Shown in pieces: positions 1 to 9,484 of a stretch of 64,000 nt of DNA. A program made the position numbers and the translations under genes. The DNA comes from an uncultured Enterobacteriaceae bacterium. Its GTDB lineage: Bacteria; Pseudomonadota; Gammaproteobacteria; Eutrophobiales; Eutrophobiaceae. Below the pieces are notes generated by a model. That model ran no database searches and was not told where the DNA came from. It worked only from the letters and a program-made list of their open reading frames with translations. The stretch is from contig CAYMPA010000001.1 in assembly GCA_964392105.1 (NCBI GenBank), positions 4,118 to 68,117 on the forward strand, read 5' to 3'. The number at the start of each line of letters is the position of its first letter. Position 1 is the stretch's first letter.

Positions 1-259
1 CGGCGGGAAATTTTTCTGTACCCTTGAACATCATGTGCTCAAGGGCATGGGATATTCCGGTTATTCCGTCATGCTCATAGCTACCACCAACCTTGTACCA
101 TATCTGGGAAACAACGACAGGGGCACGATGATCCTCCTTAACCAGGATCTTAAGACCATTATTCAGCTGATATTCGTGGACATTTGCTGTTGCAAGCCCC
201 GGCATTATTAAAACCAGGCCAAGAAAAGCGTTATTTAGAGATCGCCAATAATATTTCAT
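1..259 (-). CDS. M16-family (pitrilysin-like) zinc peptidase, N-terminal part; the gene runs off the left edge of the window
   Basis: Reverse-strand translation from ATG at 257-259: MKYYWRSLNNAFLGLVLIMPGLATANVHEYQLNNGLKILVKEDHRAPVVVSQIWYKVGGSYEHDGITGISHALEHMMFKGTEKFP. It has a signal peptide and the inverted zinc motif HxxEH typical of the M16 family. It is not in the ORF track because it is truncated by the window edge. Confidence 0.7.
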   Translation of the reverse strand, partial: MKYYWRSLNNAFLGLVLIMPGLATANVHEYQLNNGLKILVKEDHRAPVVVSQIWYKVGGSYEHDGITGISHALEHMMFKGTEKFPA

Positions 260-692
260 TTTTTAGATTTATCTTTTATTTCGGGATTAAATTTCTGTGA
301 TGTACGCTATATAGATGATATTTCTCTTTATGAGTTCGATATCACTTGACCCGCATGTTGCACGAGTACACTAGTAACAGAGCCAAAGTTGTATTCCAAT
401 AGAGATTTTAACATTGATTAATAATCTTTGGTTCGTACTCAGCATTTCGCTTAAAGAGTCCTCACTGATTCTGACACGTTATGCGTGCACATGCTCCCTC
501 CACCAGAGCTACGGCTATGATTATGGTCGCGGCACGACCACCATGGAAGGTGGAAGTGCAGAACATGCAGGAGCATATCTACTGCCACGCATAACGCGCC
601 AGCCCGACGTGAGCATCTCGCCAACTCGTGCAACATACGGGTTAATGGTAGGATACCGCAACTCTCACAGCATACTAAAATATTTTACTTTT

Positions 693-1649
693 GTGTTTGG
701 TTTAAAGAAAAAAGGCGACGATAAGAAAACTGGTAGTAAAACCGAGGTATCTAAACTCTCCGATCACCTGCAACGTACTCGTAATGGCCTGTTTGGTAGT
801 CTTTTTAGTCGAAAGAAAACCATCATCGATAATGCCACCCTCGAAGAACTCGAAGATCGGCTGCTATTGGCAGACATCGGTATTAAAACGACTGATCAGG
901 TAATCCAGCTATTAAAAGCAGAATCAAATAAGAATTCTGAAACTAACCCGCTTGAACAATTAAAACAGGTATTGTTGCCGGCACTTGAACCGGTAGAGCA
1001 AGCACTAATTATTCCAGACAATACAAACAAACCCTATTTGATCCTGGTAGTCGGTGTTAATGGCGTTGGCAAAACAACCACTATCGGTAAACTTGCCAAA
1101 CGATTACAGACAATAGGTAAAAGTGTCATGCTGGCTGCGGGTGATACCTTTCGCGCAGCAGCGATTGAACAATTACAGATATGGGGTGAGCGTAATAATA
1201 TTAATGTTGTTGCACAATCAAATGGCTCGGATTCTGGCGCAGTTATTTACGATGCACTGGAATCAGCCCGGGCAAAAAATATTGATGTATTAATTGCTGA
1301 TACTGCTGGAAGACTGCACAACAAGGAAAACCTGATGGAAGAAATGAAAAAGATCCATCGTATAGGTAATAAATTTGATGCGGACTTACAAAGTGAAGTA
1401 TTACTGGTTTTAGACGCCGGGACCGGACAGAATGCATTAATCCAGGCAAAACAGTTTAACGAGACTATTGGGGTAGATGGTATTGTATTAACCAAACTGG
1501 ACGGCACAGCAAAAGGCGGTATTGTTTTTTCAATCGCAGATGAATTAAATATTCCTATTCGATTTATCGGTGTTGGTGAACAGCTTGAAGACTTAAGACC
1601 GTTTAATGCCTCTGAATTTATCGATGCCTTACTGGTAAGTGACACATGA
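693..1649 (+). CDS. ftsY: Signal recognition particle receptor FtsY
   Basis: NG-domain motifs are present (LILVVGVNGVGKTTTIGKLA, DTAGR, TKLDGTAKGG). The track ORF starts at 414, but its first ~90 residues are non-FtsY-like and lie in a GC-rich island. An in-frame GTG at 693 gives VFGLKKKGDDKK, a typical FtsY N-terminus. The stop overlaps the ftsE start (ATGA). Confidence 0.88.
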   Translation: MFGLKKKGDDKKTGSKTEVSKLSDHLQRTRNGLFGSLFSRKKTIIDNATLEELEDRLLLADIGIKTTDQVIQLLKAESNKNSETNPLEQLKQVLLPALEPVEQALIIPDNTNKPYLILVVGVNGVGKTTTIGKLAKRLQTIGKSVMLAAGDTFRAAAIEQLQIWGERNNINVVAQSNGSDSGAVIYDALESARAKNIDVLIADTAGRLHNKENLMEEMKKIHRIGNKFDADLQSEVLLVLDAGTGQNALIQAKQFNETIGVDGIVLTKLDGTAKGGIVFSIADELNIPIRFIGVGEQLEDLRPFNASEFIDALLVSDT

Positions 1650-2323
1650 TTCGATTTACTAACGTACATATGACTTACCCGGGCGGTAATGAAGCCTTAC
1701 GTAATATCAACCTGCATATTGAACAGGGTGCAATGGTTTATATCACTGGTCGATCAGGTGCCGGTAAAAGTACTTTATTACGTTTAGTTGCATTAATCGA
1801 TCGCCACACCCGTGGACAGATCATTATTAATGGTCAAAACCTGGAACGTGTGCGCAATCGTCGTATCGCATTATTCAGACGACATATTGGATTTATGTTT
1901 CAGGATCATCGGCTGCTTCATGACCGTTCCGTATTTGATAACGTTGCCTTGCCTTTGGTTATTGCAGGTTATCGTCATCAAGAGATACGCAAACGCGTAC
2001 AAGCCGCATTAGATAAAGTCAGCCTGTTGCCAAAGGTGAATAGCTGCCCGTTGGCACTATCGGGTGGTGAACAACAGCGCGTTGGTGTAGCGCGTGCAGT
2101 AGTACATCGACCTGCAGTATTACTGGCGGACGAACCCACTGGTAATCTTGATCCCGCATTGTCCTGGGACACAATGAAACTCTTTGAACAATTCAACCAG
2201 GTAGGTGTGACCGTACTCATTGCAAGTCATGACCTTGATATGATTAAACGTTTGCATAAGCGCATCATTACTCTTAAGACGGGCCGCATATTAACCCACG
2301 CCGGGACACCCATAGAAGAATGA
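1646..2323 (+). CDS. ftsE: Cell-division ABC transporter ATP-binding protein FtsE
   Basis: Walker A motif GRSGAGKST, ABC signature LSGGEQQRV and Walker B LLLADEPTGNLD. It sits in the conserved ftsY-ftsE-ftsX arrangement. Confidence 0.92.
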   Translation: MIRFTNVHMTYPGGNEALRNINLHIEQGAMVYITGRSGAGKSTLLRLVALIDRHTRGQIIINGQNLERVRNRRIALFRRHIGFMFQDHRLLHDRSVFDNVALPLVIAGYRHQEIRKRVQAALDKVSLLPKVNSCPLALSGGEQQRVGVARAVVHRPAVLLADEPTGNLDPALSWDTMKLFEQFNQVGVTVLIASHDLDMIKRLHKRIITLKTGRILTHAGTPIEE

Positions 2324-3303
2324 AACCGGCAAACAAGAAAAAAAATACCCTGCCTGGTAAAAGCTTTAAGAGCGAATTCAAACGTCGCTTTGACATGTGG
2401 CTGTTACAACATGCACAGGCGCTTATCTTTAGTCTGGGTCAATATGTTAAATACCCGATCAGTAATATCTTAACAACTGCTGTGATTGGTATATCACTCG
2501 CATTACCTGCCAGTTTTTATATATTACTCGACAATGTCCGGTTTGTTTCTTCAAGCTGGGACGGATCATCACAAATTACCTTGTTCCTACAAAATGAAAT
2601 CGGTGATGAACAAGCAACAGAATTTGCTAATAAAATTTCTGAACATAAATCCATCAGTAAAACGATATTAATCAAACGTGCTGATGCACTTATTGAATAT
2701 CAAAAACTGTCCGGCTTTGCTGATGCGCTCAATACACTTGATGAAAATCCATTACCGAACGTTGTATTGGTTAAACCAACGCTCGAGAACATGAATGAAA
2801 CACGAACCGAAAGTTTAATAAAAAAACTGGAAGCCATGCCAGAGGTGGATAGTGCACAGTACGATAGCATGTGGATAAAACGTTTGCTTTATCTGCTGGA
2901 CATTATTAACCGTGTCATTGTTATTCTTTCAACTCTACTCGCCGTTGCTGTGTTGTTGATCATCGGTAATACAATTCGACTCGCAATTTATAACCGTCGT
3001 GCTGAAATTGAAATAACCAAACTCTTTGGTGGAACAGATAGCTTTATTCAACGACCCTTTCTCTACAGCGGACTCTGGTATGGCATCTTTGGCAGCATCA
3101 TCGCCTGGTTACTCATTACCATTTCAATGCAAATGCTACGCGGCCCGGTAAAGCAATTGGCCAACCTCTACGCCAGTGATTTTCAGCTCATCGGCCTCGG
3201 CTTTTGTAATACCCTGATCCTGCTCGGAATAGGTATTGCCCTCGGATTATTTGGCTCCTGGATAGCCGTTAAGCGTCATATACGTGATATTGAGCCTGTA
3301 TAA
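2320..3303 (+). CDS. ftsX: Cell-division ABC transporter permease FtsX
   Basis: 327 aa with four TM segments and a periplasmic loop. It is translationally coupled to ftsE and has the FtsX-family C-terminal TM bundle. Confidence 0.9.
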   Translation: MKPANKKKNTLPGKSFKSEFKRRFDMWLLQHAQALIFSLGQYVKYPISNILTTAVIGISLALPASFYILLDNVRFVSSSWDGSSQITLFLQNEIGDEQATEFANKISEHKSISKTILIKRADALIEYQKLSGFADALNTLDENPLPNVVLVKPTLENMNETRTESLIKKLEAMPEVDSAQYDSMWIKRLLYLLDIINRVIVILSTLLAVAVLLIIGNTIRLAIYNRRAEIEITKLFGGTDSFIQRPFLYSGLWYGIFGSIIAWLLITISMQMLRGPVKQLANLYASDFQLIGLGFCNTLILLGIGIALGLFGSWIAVKRHIRDIEPV

Positions 3304-3419
3304 TAGCAATAAATATCAAATACTTACAACAGCATTCGGATTGAACCTTTCAAAAAATTAGCACTCATATATCAAGAGTGCTAAAATTTCAATTATAAGA
3401 GCCGATTTAATTATTAGGA

Positions 3420-4280
3420 ATGAGAACCATGAATCAGCTAACAAACCTACAATTAGCATTACCAACGGGATCGATTGAAAGTTATATTTCTTCAGTCAAC
3501 CAGGTGCCTATCCTGTCTCTGGAAGAAGAGCAGGTCTTGGCCCGACGCCTTCGAGACGAAAATGACCTCGAAGCAGCGCGTCGTCTGGTTATGGCGCATC
3601 TCCGTTTTGTCGTAAAGATTGCCCGGGGTTATAGCGGTTATGGTCTACAACAAGCCGACCTGATCCAGGAAGGCAATGTCGGTCTGATGAAAGCGGTAAA
3701 ACGTTTTGATCCGGACGTGGGTGTTCGACTCGTATCTTTCGCCGTACATTGGGTGCGTGCCGAAATGCATGAATTTATCTTACGTAACTGGCGCATCGTT
3801 AAGGTTGCAACAACCAAGGCACAACGAAAATTATTCTTTAACCTGCGTTCATCAAAAAAACGCTTGGGTTGGTTAAACCAGGAAGAAGTCAACGAAGTTG
3901 CAAAAGACCTTGGCGTAAAACCAAGTGAAGTTTTGGAAATGGAAAAACGCCTGAGCAACTACGACACATCATTTGATGTTTATGCCGATGATGATGATGA
4001 CGAATCAGTTTATGCACCAGCCTACTATCTGGAAAACAAAAGCGCTGGCCCGGAAGAATTGATCGAAACCGCACAAGCCAAAGATGAAGACCAGAACGCA
4101 TTACATACCGCACTTGCTTTACTCGATGATCGCAGTAAAGACATCATCGCCAAACGCTGGTTAGCCGAAGACAAGGCAACCCTGCACGAACTCGCTGCCG
4201 TACATGAGGTATCCGCAGAACGCATCCGACAGATCGAAAACAACGCAATGAAAAAATTGCGGGAAACAATAGCAACATAA
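3420..4280 (+). CDS. rpoH: RNA polymerase sigma-32 factor RpoH
   Basis: Region 2 of sigma-70 family factors and the RpoH box QRKLFFNLR are present. The sequence is near-collinear with E. coli RpoH ([31 protein letters not shown]...). Confidence 0.93.
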   Translation: MRTMNQLTNLQLALPTGSIESYISSVNQVPILSLEEEQVLARRLRDENDLEAARRLVMAHLRFVVKIARGYSGYGLQQADLIQEGNVGLMKAVKRFDPDVGVRLVSFAVHWVRAEMHEFILRNWRIVKVATTKAQRKLFFNLRSSKKRLGWLNQEEVNEVAKDLGVKPSEVLEMEKRLSNYDTSFDVYADDDDDESVYAPAYYLENKSAGPEELIETAQAKDEDQNALHTALALLDDRSKDIIAKRWLAEDKATLHELAAVHEVSAERIRQIENNAMKKLRETIAT

Positions 4281-4333
4281 ACATCACCAACTTGATATAG
4301 GAAATATCAAGGATGAACACTCAAATAAACAAA

Positions 4334-4358
4334 TGGCCCTCCGGGGCCATTTTTGATT
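4334..4358 (+). terminator. Rho-independent terminator downstream of rpoH
   Basis: The sequence is aaatGGCCCtccgGGGCCatttttg: a GC hairpin followed by a T-run, about 55 nt after the rpoH stop. Confidence 0.6.
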
Positions 4359-4448
4359 GTGTAAATATTAATTAGAAATTTACTTTTTTAATCTATTAGA
4401 GAAAAGTTTATGACTGATGAAATGCTGCCTTCAACTGATGAATACTAA

Positions 4449-4870
4449 ATGGGAATCGCTTTTGCTGTAAGACAAAAAGCAAACTGTACGGTAAATAGAA
4501 TTGGTGCTGTTATAGTAAAAGAAAATCGAGTTGTATCTACTGGATATAATGGTGTCCCAGAAGGTATGACTAACTGTTTAGAAGGGGTTTTTTACGTTGT
4601 AAAAATCCAAATGGACAGTTTACTTCAGGTACTGGTTATGATTTATGTATATGTGTTCATGCAGAACAAAATGCATTGCTTTCAGCAGCAAGATTCGGTA
4701 TAGCCGTTGAAAATGCGACAATATATACCACTATGCAACCATGTTTTGGTTGTGCAAAAGAATTAGTGCAAGCAATAATCAAAAAAGTTATTTATTTGCA
4801 CAAATGGGCTCCAACAGATGCAGACCCTGAAATGGATCAAAGAAAAAAGCTGAATATGAAAAAATATTAG
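4449..4870 (+). pseudogene. dCMP deaminase (ComEB/cytidine-deaminase family) interrupted by a -1 frameshift in a homopolymer tract
   Basis: The N-terminal part (4449..4703) reads CTVNRIGAVIVKENRVVSTGYNGVPEGMTNCLEG. The zinc-binding core (C(I)CVHAEQNALLSAARFG...TTMQPCFGCAKE) continues in another frame (track ORF 4676..4870). The frames rejoin if one base is added in the run gaaGGGGTTTTTTac at about 4583-4594. Confidence 0.7.
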
Positions 4871-5392
4871 TGAAAACGTATATGAAAAAATGAATTTGGA
4901 AGATACACGTCAAGAATGGGCAGTAACAACTTTAAAAAGCAAATAACAATAATCAAGTGGTCAGAGTACTTGAAAACTTTTACCCTCCGTATGCTTTGCC
5001 GAATTATTTAATATTGATAGCGTAAAATAGACAGGACGTCTATTTTAGCGCATCGGGTCAGGAAGCCCCTATGCGCGACGCGTTAGCGACATTAAGTAAT
5101 GAGGGTATTCGAAGACCAAGGCATTATGAGTAAGTTAGTCGATTCGGACTCCTGTCCTCTCGCGACACTAATACATCCTTGTATGTCGTCTTGGGCACTT
5201 CTTTTTGAAAAAAGTTTTGTACACGGACGTACTTATACTGCAATCGCATTGATGCGAATGAGCAGCGGCCTCGCCGCTGAAGGCTAAATCAATGTCAAAA
5301 ATTTATATAAAACTTTTAATAATAGCTACTAACTGAAACTCTTATAATAAATAAAGTCTAAATTAATAATTAATAACAACAAGGTGAATCTT

Positions 5393-6046
5393 ATGATCAA
5401 GCTATACGGATTAGAATTATCATTCCCGGTAAACAGGGTTCGATTTTGTTTAAACGCGATGAACCTGGAATACGAGTTCATCCGAGTCAATCCAATAGCG
5501 GGGGAAACCCAGACCGAGTCTTACCTTAAGATGCATCCTGCCGGTAAAATACCCGTGATTGATGATAACGGCTTTGTGTTATTTGAGAGTAATGCCATCA
5601 TGAAATATCTTTGCCGCAAACATAACTCCGATTTTTACCCGAACGATATTATTGCCCAGGCAGAAGTTGATAAATGGCTCGATTTTACAACCATTCACCT
5701 CGCTAATGGTTTTAACAAGGTTTTATTTAACAAGATCCTTGCCCACATCGTCGATGCAGAGGTTGATGAACGATCATTAGAGGATGGTTATAACTTTATA
5801 AAACGTTTTCTTACAGTTATTAATAGCCAATTGGAAACTTCGGCTTTTCTGGTAGGCGATACCATGTCCATCGCTGACTTTTGTCTCCTGGCAACCGTTG
5901 ATCCAGCCGAAGTTATTGAAGTAGATATAACAGAATATCCCCATGTTGATAAATGGCGAAAAAAATTAATGAACGAAGACTTTTATAAGAACGTTCATAG
6001 CTCGTTCTCGGAAACAATGGATGCAATGAAAGCAGCGATGGTATAA
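5393..6046 (+). CDS. Glutathione S-transferase family protein
   Basis: GST N-terminal thioredoxin-like fold (MIKLYGLELSFPVNRVRFCL...KIPVIDDNGFVLFESNAIMKYL) and a C-terminal alpha-helical domain. ATG at 5393 is 8 nt after an AAGG; the track start at 5384 is a GTG. Confidence 0.75.
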   Translation: MIKLYGLELSFPVNRVRFCLNAMNLEYEFIRVNPIAGETQTESYLKMHPAGKIPVIDDNGFVLFESNAIMKYLCRKHNSDFYPNDIIAQAEVDKWLDFTTIHLANGFNKVLFNKILAHIVDAEVDERSLEDGYNFIKRFLTVINSQLETSAFLVGDTMSIADFCLLATVDPAEVIEVDITEYPHVDKWRKKLMNEDFYKNVHSSFSETMDAMKAAMV

Positions 6047-6049
6047 AAA

Positions 6050-6784
6050 ATGAAATTTATTACTACATTTCTATTCCTGTTAGTATTTTCTACTTCTGTG
6101 CTTGCTACAGGAAAATCTGTTTCCTATGAGGTGAACGGTGAAGCCTTTGAAGGTTATTACACATCACCTGCTGTTAATGCGCCATTGGTATTGCTCATAC
6201 ATGACTGGGACGGCCTGACTGATTACGAAGTGCAACGCGCTGAGATGTTATCGGATTTAGGTTATGCTGTTTTTGCTGCTGACTTGTTTGGTGCAGGCGT
6301 TAGGCCAACGGAAGTTAAAGACAAACGACAACATACTGGCGCATTGTATAAAGATCGAGCAAAGATGCGTTCTTTATTAAACGGTGCATTGGAAACGGCA
6401 CAATCTAATGGCGCCAATATCAATGATGCTATCGCAATGGGATACTGCTTTGGTGGGGCTGCGGTACTTGAACTCGCAAGATCAGGTGCAAACCTGAAAG
6501 GCTTTGTTACCTTTCATGGCGGCCTGAGCACACCTTCCGGTCAGGATTATTCTAAAACAAAAGGCAACGTGCTTATTTTACATGGTAGCGCTGACACAGC
6601 CATAACGATGAATGATTTTGCCAAGCTTGGTAGCGAACTGGAGCAGGCCAAAGTTTCGCATGAAATGATTAGCTACGGTGGAGCACCACATGCGTTTACT
6701 GTGTTTGGTTCTGATCATTACAGAGAGGATGCAGATAAACAATCCTGGCAGCGCTTTACAAAATTTCTCGATGAGACGTTATAA
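6050..6784 (+). CDS. Dienelactone hydrolase family protein, secreted
   Basis: N-terminal signal peptide and DLH-family motifs (HDWDGL, GYCFGGAAVLELA, HGGADTA). Confidence 0.75.
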   Translation: MKFITTFLFLLVFSTSVLATGKSVSYEVNGEAFEGYYTSPAVNAPLVLLIHDWDGLTDYEVQRAEMLSDLGYAVFAADLFGAGVRPTEVKDKRQHTGALYKDRAKMRSLLNGALETAQSNGANINDAIAMGYCFGGAAVLELARSGANLKGFVTFHGGLSTPSGQDYSKTKGNVLILHGSADTAITMNDFAKLGSELEQAKVSHEMISYGGAPHAFTVFGSDHYREDADKQSWQRFTKFLDETL

Positions 6785-6813
6785 AGGCAAATAATTCGAG
6801 TCGGACCCTTATC

Positions 6814-8064
6814 CTAGCCTGGCGCCATAGTATGGCCGAAGCGGCCCTTCCACCAACGTATAGTAAGCGGCACTGAGACATTCAGTAAAAACGTTGTCAA
6901 CATCAAAGTATAGAACGTTTCGGTACTTATAATACTGTGCTGCACAAAAGCGATATCCATCACCAGAAAGGCCAGTTCAGCACGGCCAAGCATGCCAAAG
7001 CCAATCATCAGGCTCGCCGGCCAATCAAAATTACCTGTGTATCTTGCCGCCAAGCTTGCAGAAAGAATCTGGCCAACAAATAATCCGACGAATAAAATCA
7101 GCGCAAAGGGCAGCACTGTAATAAATATCCCGGTTTCGAAAACCAAATGCGTACCCAGGGTAACGAAGAACACAGGTCCAATCCACGTGAATGCAACATT
7201 ATCGACAACTTGTTGCGCATGCTGATGAAAATCCACCTGGCGATGCTCGTGAAATACAAAGTATTCCCGATGAATAATCAGCCCCGCCATATAGGCACCC
7301 ACGGCCGGGTGGAAACCAAATTCATGGGCCAGTAAACCAACCAATACCGCGATCAAAAGCAACGCCAGCACAGTATATTCACCCTCGGCCATCGCAAGTA
7401 AGCGGCGCAAATTTAATTTTCCAACCAGGGGTAACTTTTTCAAGAAGCCATCACTGGTCGGGAACAACCAGGCGCCGATAAATGTGACGATTACAAAGAA
7501 TGAAACGGCCTTACCAACCACCAGCAATATACCATCCCGACTGACAGTGGCTTCCCCGGTGGCTATAGGCACCATAATCGCCACCAGCGCCAGCGAAGCG
7601 ATATCGTCCAACACAGCAGAAGTCATAATGGCAGTAGCGGCGGGTATTTTGCTCAAACCCTCGGTTTTGAGCGAAACCATGGTGAGCGACACCGCCGTTG
7701 CCGTCATGGCTAAACCACATAACAGCGCCGCATTTACATCCTGCCAAAATACCATTGCTGCAAAATAAGCGACGATAAATGGCGCAAGCGCGCCGAAAAA
7801 AGCAATTCCCCAACTGCGTTTGATACTGCCGACAAAGTTCTCCGTTTCTTCCTCAAAACCGAGCGCAAACATAATGATGATAATGCCCAGCTCCGCAAAA
7901 TCAGTAATAAACACCGGCATCACTTTAGGCAGTAAGCCTAAATTCACCATTACCGCACCGCAAAACAGATACCAAAGCACCGGTGTTAAGCGGGTGCGAT
8001 AGGCAAGGAATGAAGCAATAAAAACGCTTATCCAGATAATGGCAAGTATGCTGATATCGTGCAT
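6814..8064 (-). CDS. Cation:proton antiporter (sodium/hydrogen exchanger family)
   Basis: 416 aa with about 12 TM helices. The composition is typical of the CPA1/CPA2 Na+/H+ exchanger family. Confidence 0.7.
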   Translation of the reverse strand: MHDISILAIIWISVFIASFLAYRTRLTPVLWYLFCGAVMVNLGLLPKVMPVFITDFAELGIIIIMFALGFEEETENFVGSIKRSWGIAFFGALAPFIVAYFAAMVFWQDVNAALLCGLAMTATAVSLTMVSLKTEGLSKIPAATAIMTSAVLDDIASLALVAIMVPIATGEATVSRDGILLVVGKAVSFFVIVTFIGAWLFPTSDGFLKKLPLVGKLNLRRLLAMAEGEYTVLALLLIAVLVGLLAHEFGFHPAVGAYMAGLIIHREYFVFHEHRQVDFHQHAQQVVDNVAFTWIGPVFFVTLGTHLVFETGIFITVLPFALILFVGLFVGQILSASLAARYTGNFDWPASLMIGFGMLGRAELAFLVMDIAFVQHSIISTETFYTLMLTTFLLNVSVPLTIRWWKGRFGHTMAPG

Positions 8065-8302
8065 GGAAATTACGGGTTCTTTTGGGTTAGATAATGCAAA
8101 AAATTAATGTGGTTAATCCTGAGATATTAGAGATTGATATTGACCAAGTAAAACAATACTTTTACGAAGTAAATATGACACTGGAAAGGTCTCTTGACCT
8201 GCTGGTTGAGCTATATATTTATGCACCCCAAAAACAGTGGCCACAAAAACGGATAATGGCATCAGATACGAATCTAATCAAAATAAACTACAATTATTCG
8301 CT

Positions 8303-8866
8303 ATGAACAATAAAACAACAGTCATCATTGTATTATTCTTCATTATCGCCTTCGTCAGCATGGCGTATTTTCTCATGGGCAAGATACCGGCAGTTGTTTT
8401 TTCAGTCGCCTCTATTGGTGGTTTTGTTTTGTGGCTATTTACCACTTACAAGACACCTATTGATCCACTTAGGGTTATCATTCCCTATTTATTCACCGTG
8501 ATACTTTTTATTATTCATGTATATGAAGAGTATTTGACTGACTTTGAAGTTGCCGTAACAGATATATTTGGCTTCCATGTACCAGAAGAAAATTTTCTTA
8601 CTATTGCTGCTTTCCTTGCGCCTGCCATGTGGGTTGCAGGAGCTATTTTATTATTGAAAAAAACACAACTGGGTTATTACTTCCTGAGTTTCTTTATTGT
8701 CGCCATGACCATGGCTGAATTAGCACATTATATTTTCCCCTTTATGGAATATGGTACATTCCACTATGTATCAGGCATGTACACGGCCGCCTTGCCTCTG
8801 ATTCCCGCAGCTTATACTTTAATTATTACATTACGTGAGATCAAAATAGAAAAGACAAAGATCTGA
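8303..8866 (+). CDS. HXXEE-domain integral membrane protein
   Basis: Multi-TM protein with an HVYEEY motif (HXXEE family). A more likely start is the internal ATG at 8303 (MNNKTTVIIV...). Confidence 0.5.
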   Translation: MNNKTTVIIVLFFIIAFVSMAYFLMGKIPAVVFSVASIGGFVLWLFTTYKTPIDPLRVIIPYLFTVILFIIHVYEEYLTDFEVAVTDIFGFHVPEENFLTIAAFLAPAMWVAGAILLLKKTQLGYYFLSFFIVAMTMAELAHYIFPFMEYGTFHYVSGMYTAALPLIPAAYTLIITLREIKIEKTKI

Positions 8867-8908
8867 CGAAAGTCAAAGGGTCAGAGCACTTGACCTTTTG
8901 TTCTTAAA

Positions 8909-9370
8909 TCAGAGTGTATCCGGACGCAGCATCCACTGGATTTGCCAGTGTTCTTCGGGATCCTGTTGAAGGCATACAACACTCCCCGGTTTATAGGCAA
9001 CGATTACCATGTCTTCATTTCCGGTTAACAGATATGAAACCATTTTTGTCATAAAAGGCAGGTGACCGACTACCATGGTATCGTGTTTGAATTTATGCGT
9101 CCTGAGGGAGAAGTCCTGTACCGGATCGTTTGGATTGATACCATCAATAACTTCAACTTCACCGCTGATCAACAGCGCCTCTCTAAATATTTCCGCAGTT
9201 TGATGAGCCCGCATCTTGCTACTGTGCAAAACCCTGTTTACTGTAAGACCGGATACCCTCAGGGATTCAGCCATCTTACTGACATCAACCTCACCTTGCG
9301 GACTCAGGGAGCGTCCCGGATCTACATCTTTTGATACAGCCTCACCGTGTTGAACAAGATAGAGTTTCAT
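8909..9370 (-). CDS. sixA: Phosphohistidine phosphatase SixA
   Basis: Histidine-phosphatase fold with LYLVQHGEA and RAHQTAE motifs; about 153 aa. Confidence 0.8.
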   Translation of the reverse strand: MKLYLVQHGEAVSKDVDPGRSLSPQGEVDVSKMAESLRVSGLTVNRVLHSSKMRAHQTAEIFREALLISGEVEVIDGINPNDPVQDFSLRTHKFKHDTMVVGHLPFMTKMVSYLLTGNEDMVIVAYKPGSVVCLQQDPEEHWQIQWMLRPDTL

Positions 9371-9484
9371 AGGGTAATTATAGATAGAAATTTAATGGCA
9401 TTACGTATAATCATCTTTAGTAACAAACTATAACTTTACTTATGATACGATAATACTTCATATCAGATCACAAAATAATATTTA

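Noticed and set aside
414-692. First 93 codons of the track's FtsY ORF
   Set aside because: They are not FtsY-like and lie in a GC-rich island. A better start is the GTG at 693, which gives a typical VFGLKKKG… N-terminus.
4401-4439. 12-codon mini-ORF (MTDEMLPSTDEY*) immediately before the deaminase remnant
   Set aside because: It is too short and has no motif. It could be a leader peptide, but nothing in the sequence supports that.
5099-5287. 62-aa plus-strand ORF
   Set aside because: It lies in the hairpin-rich repeat-module region and has no RBS. Its composition is driven by the GC-rich palindromes.
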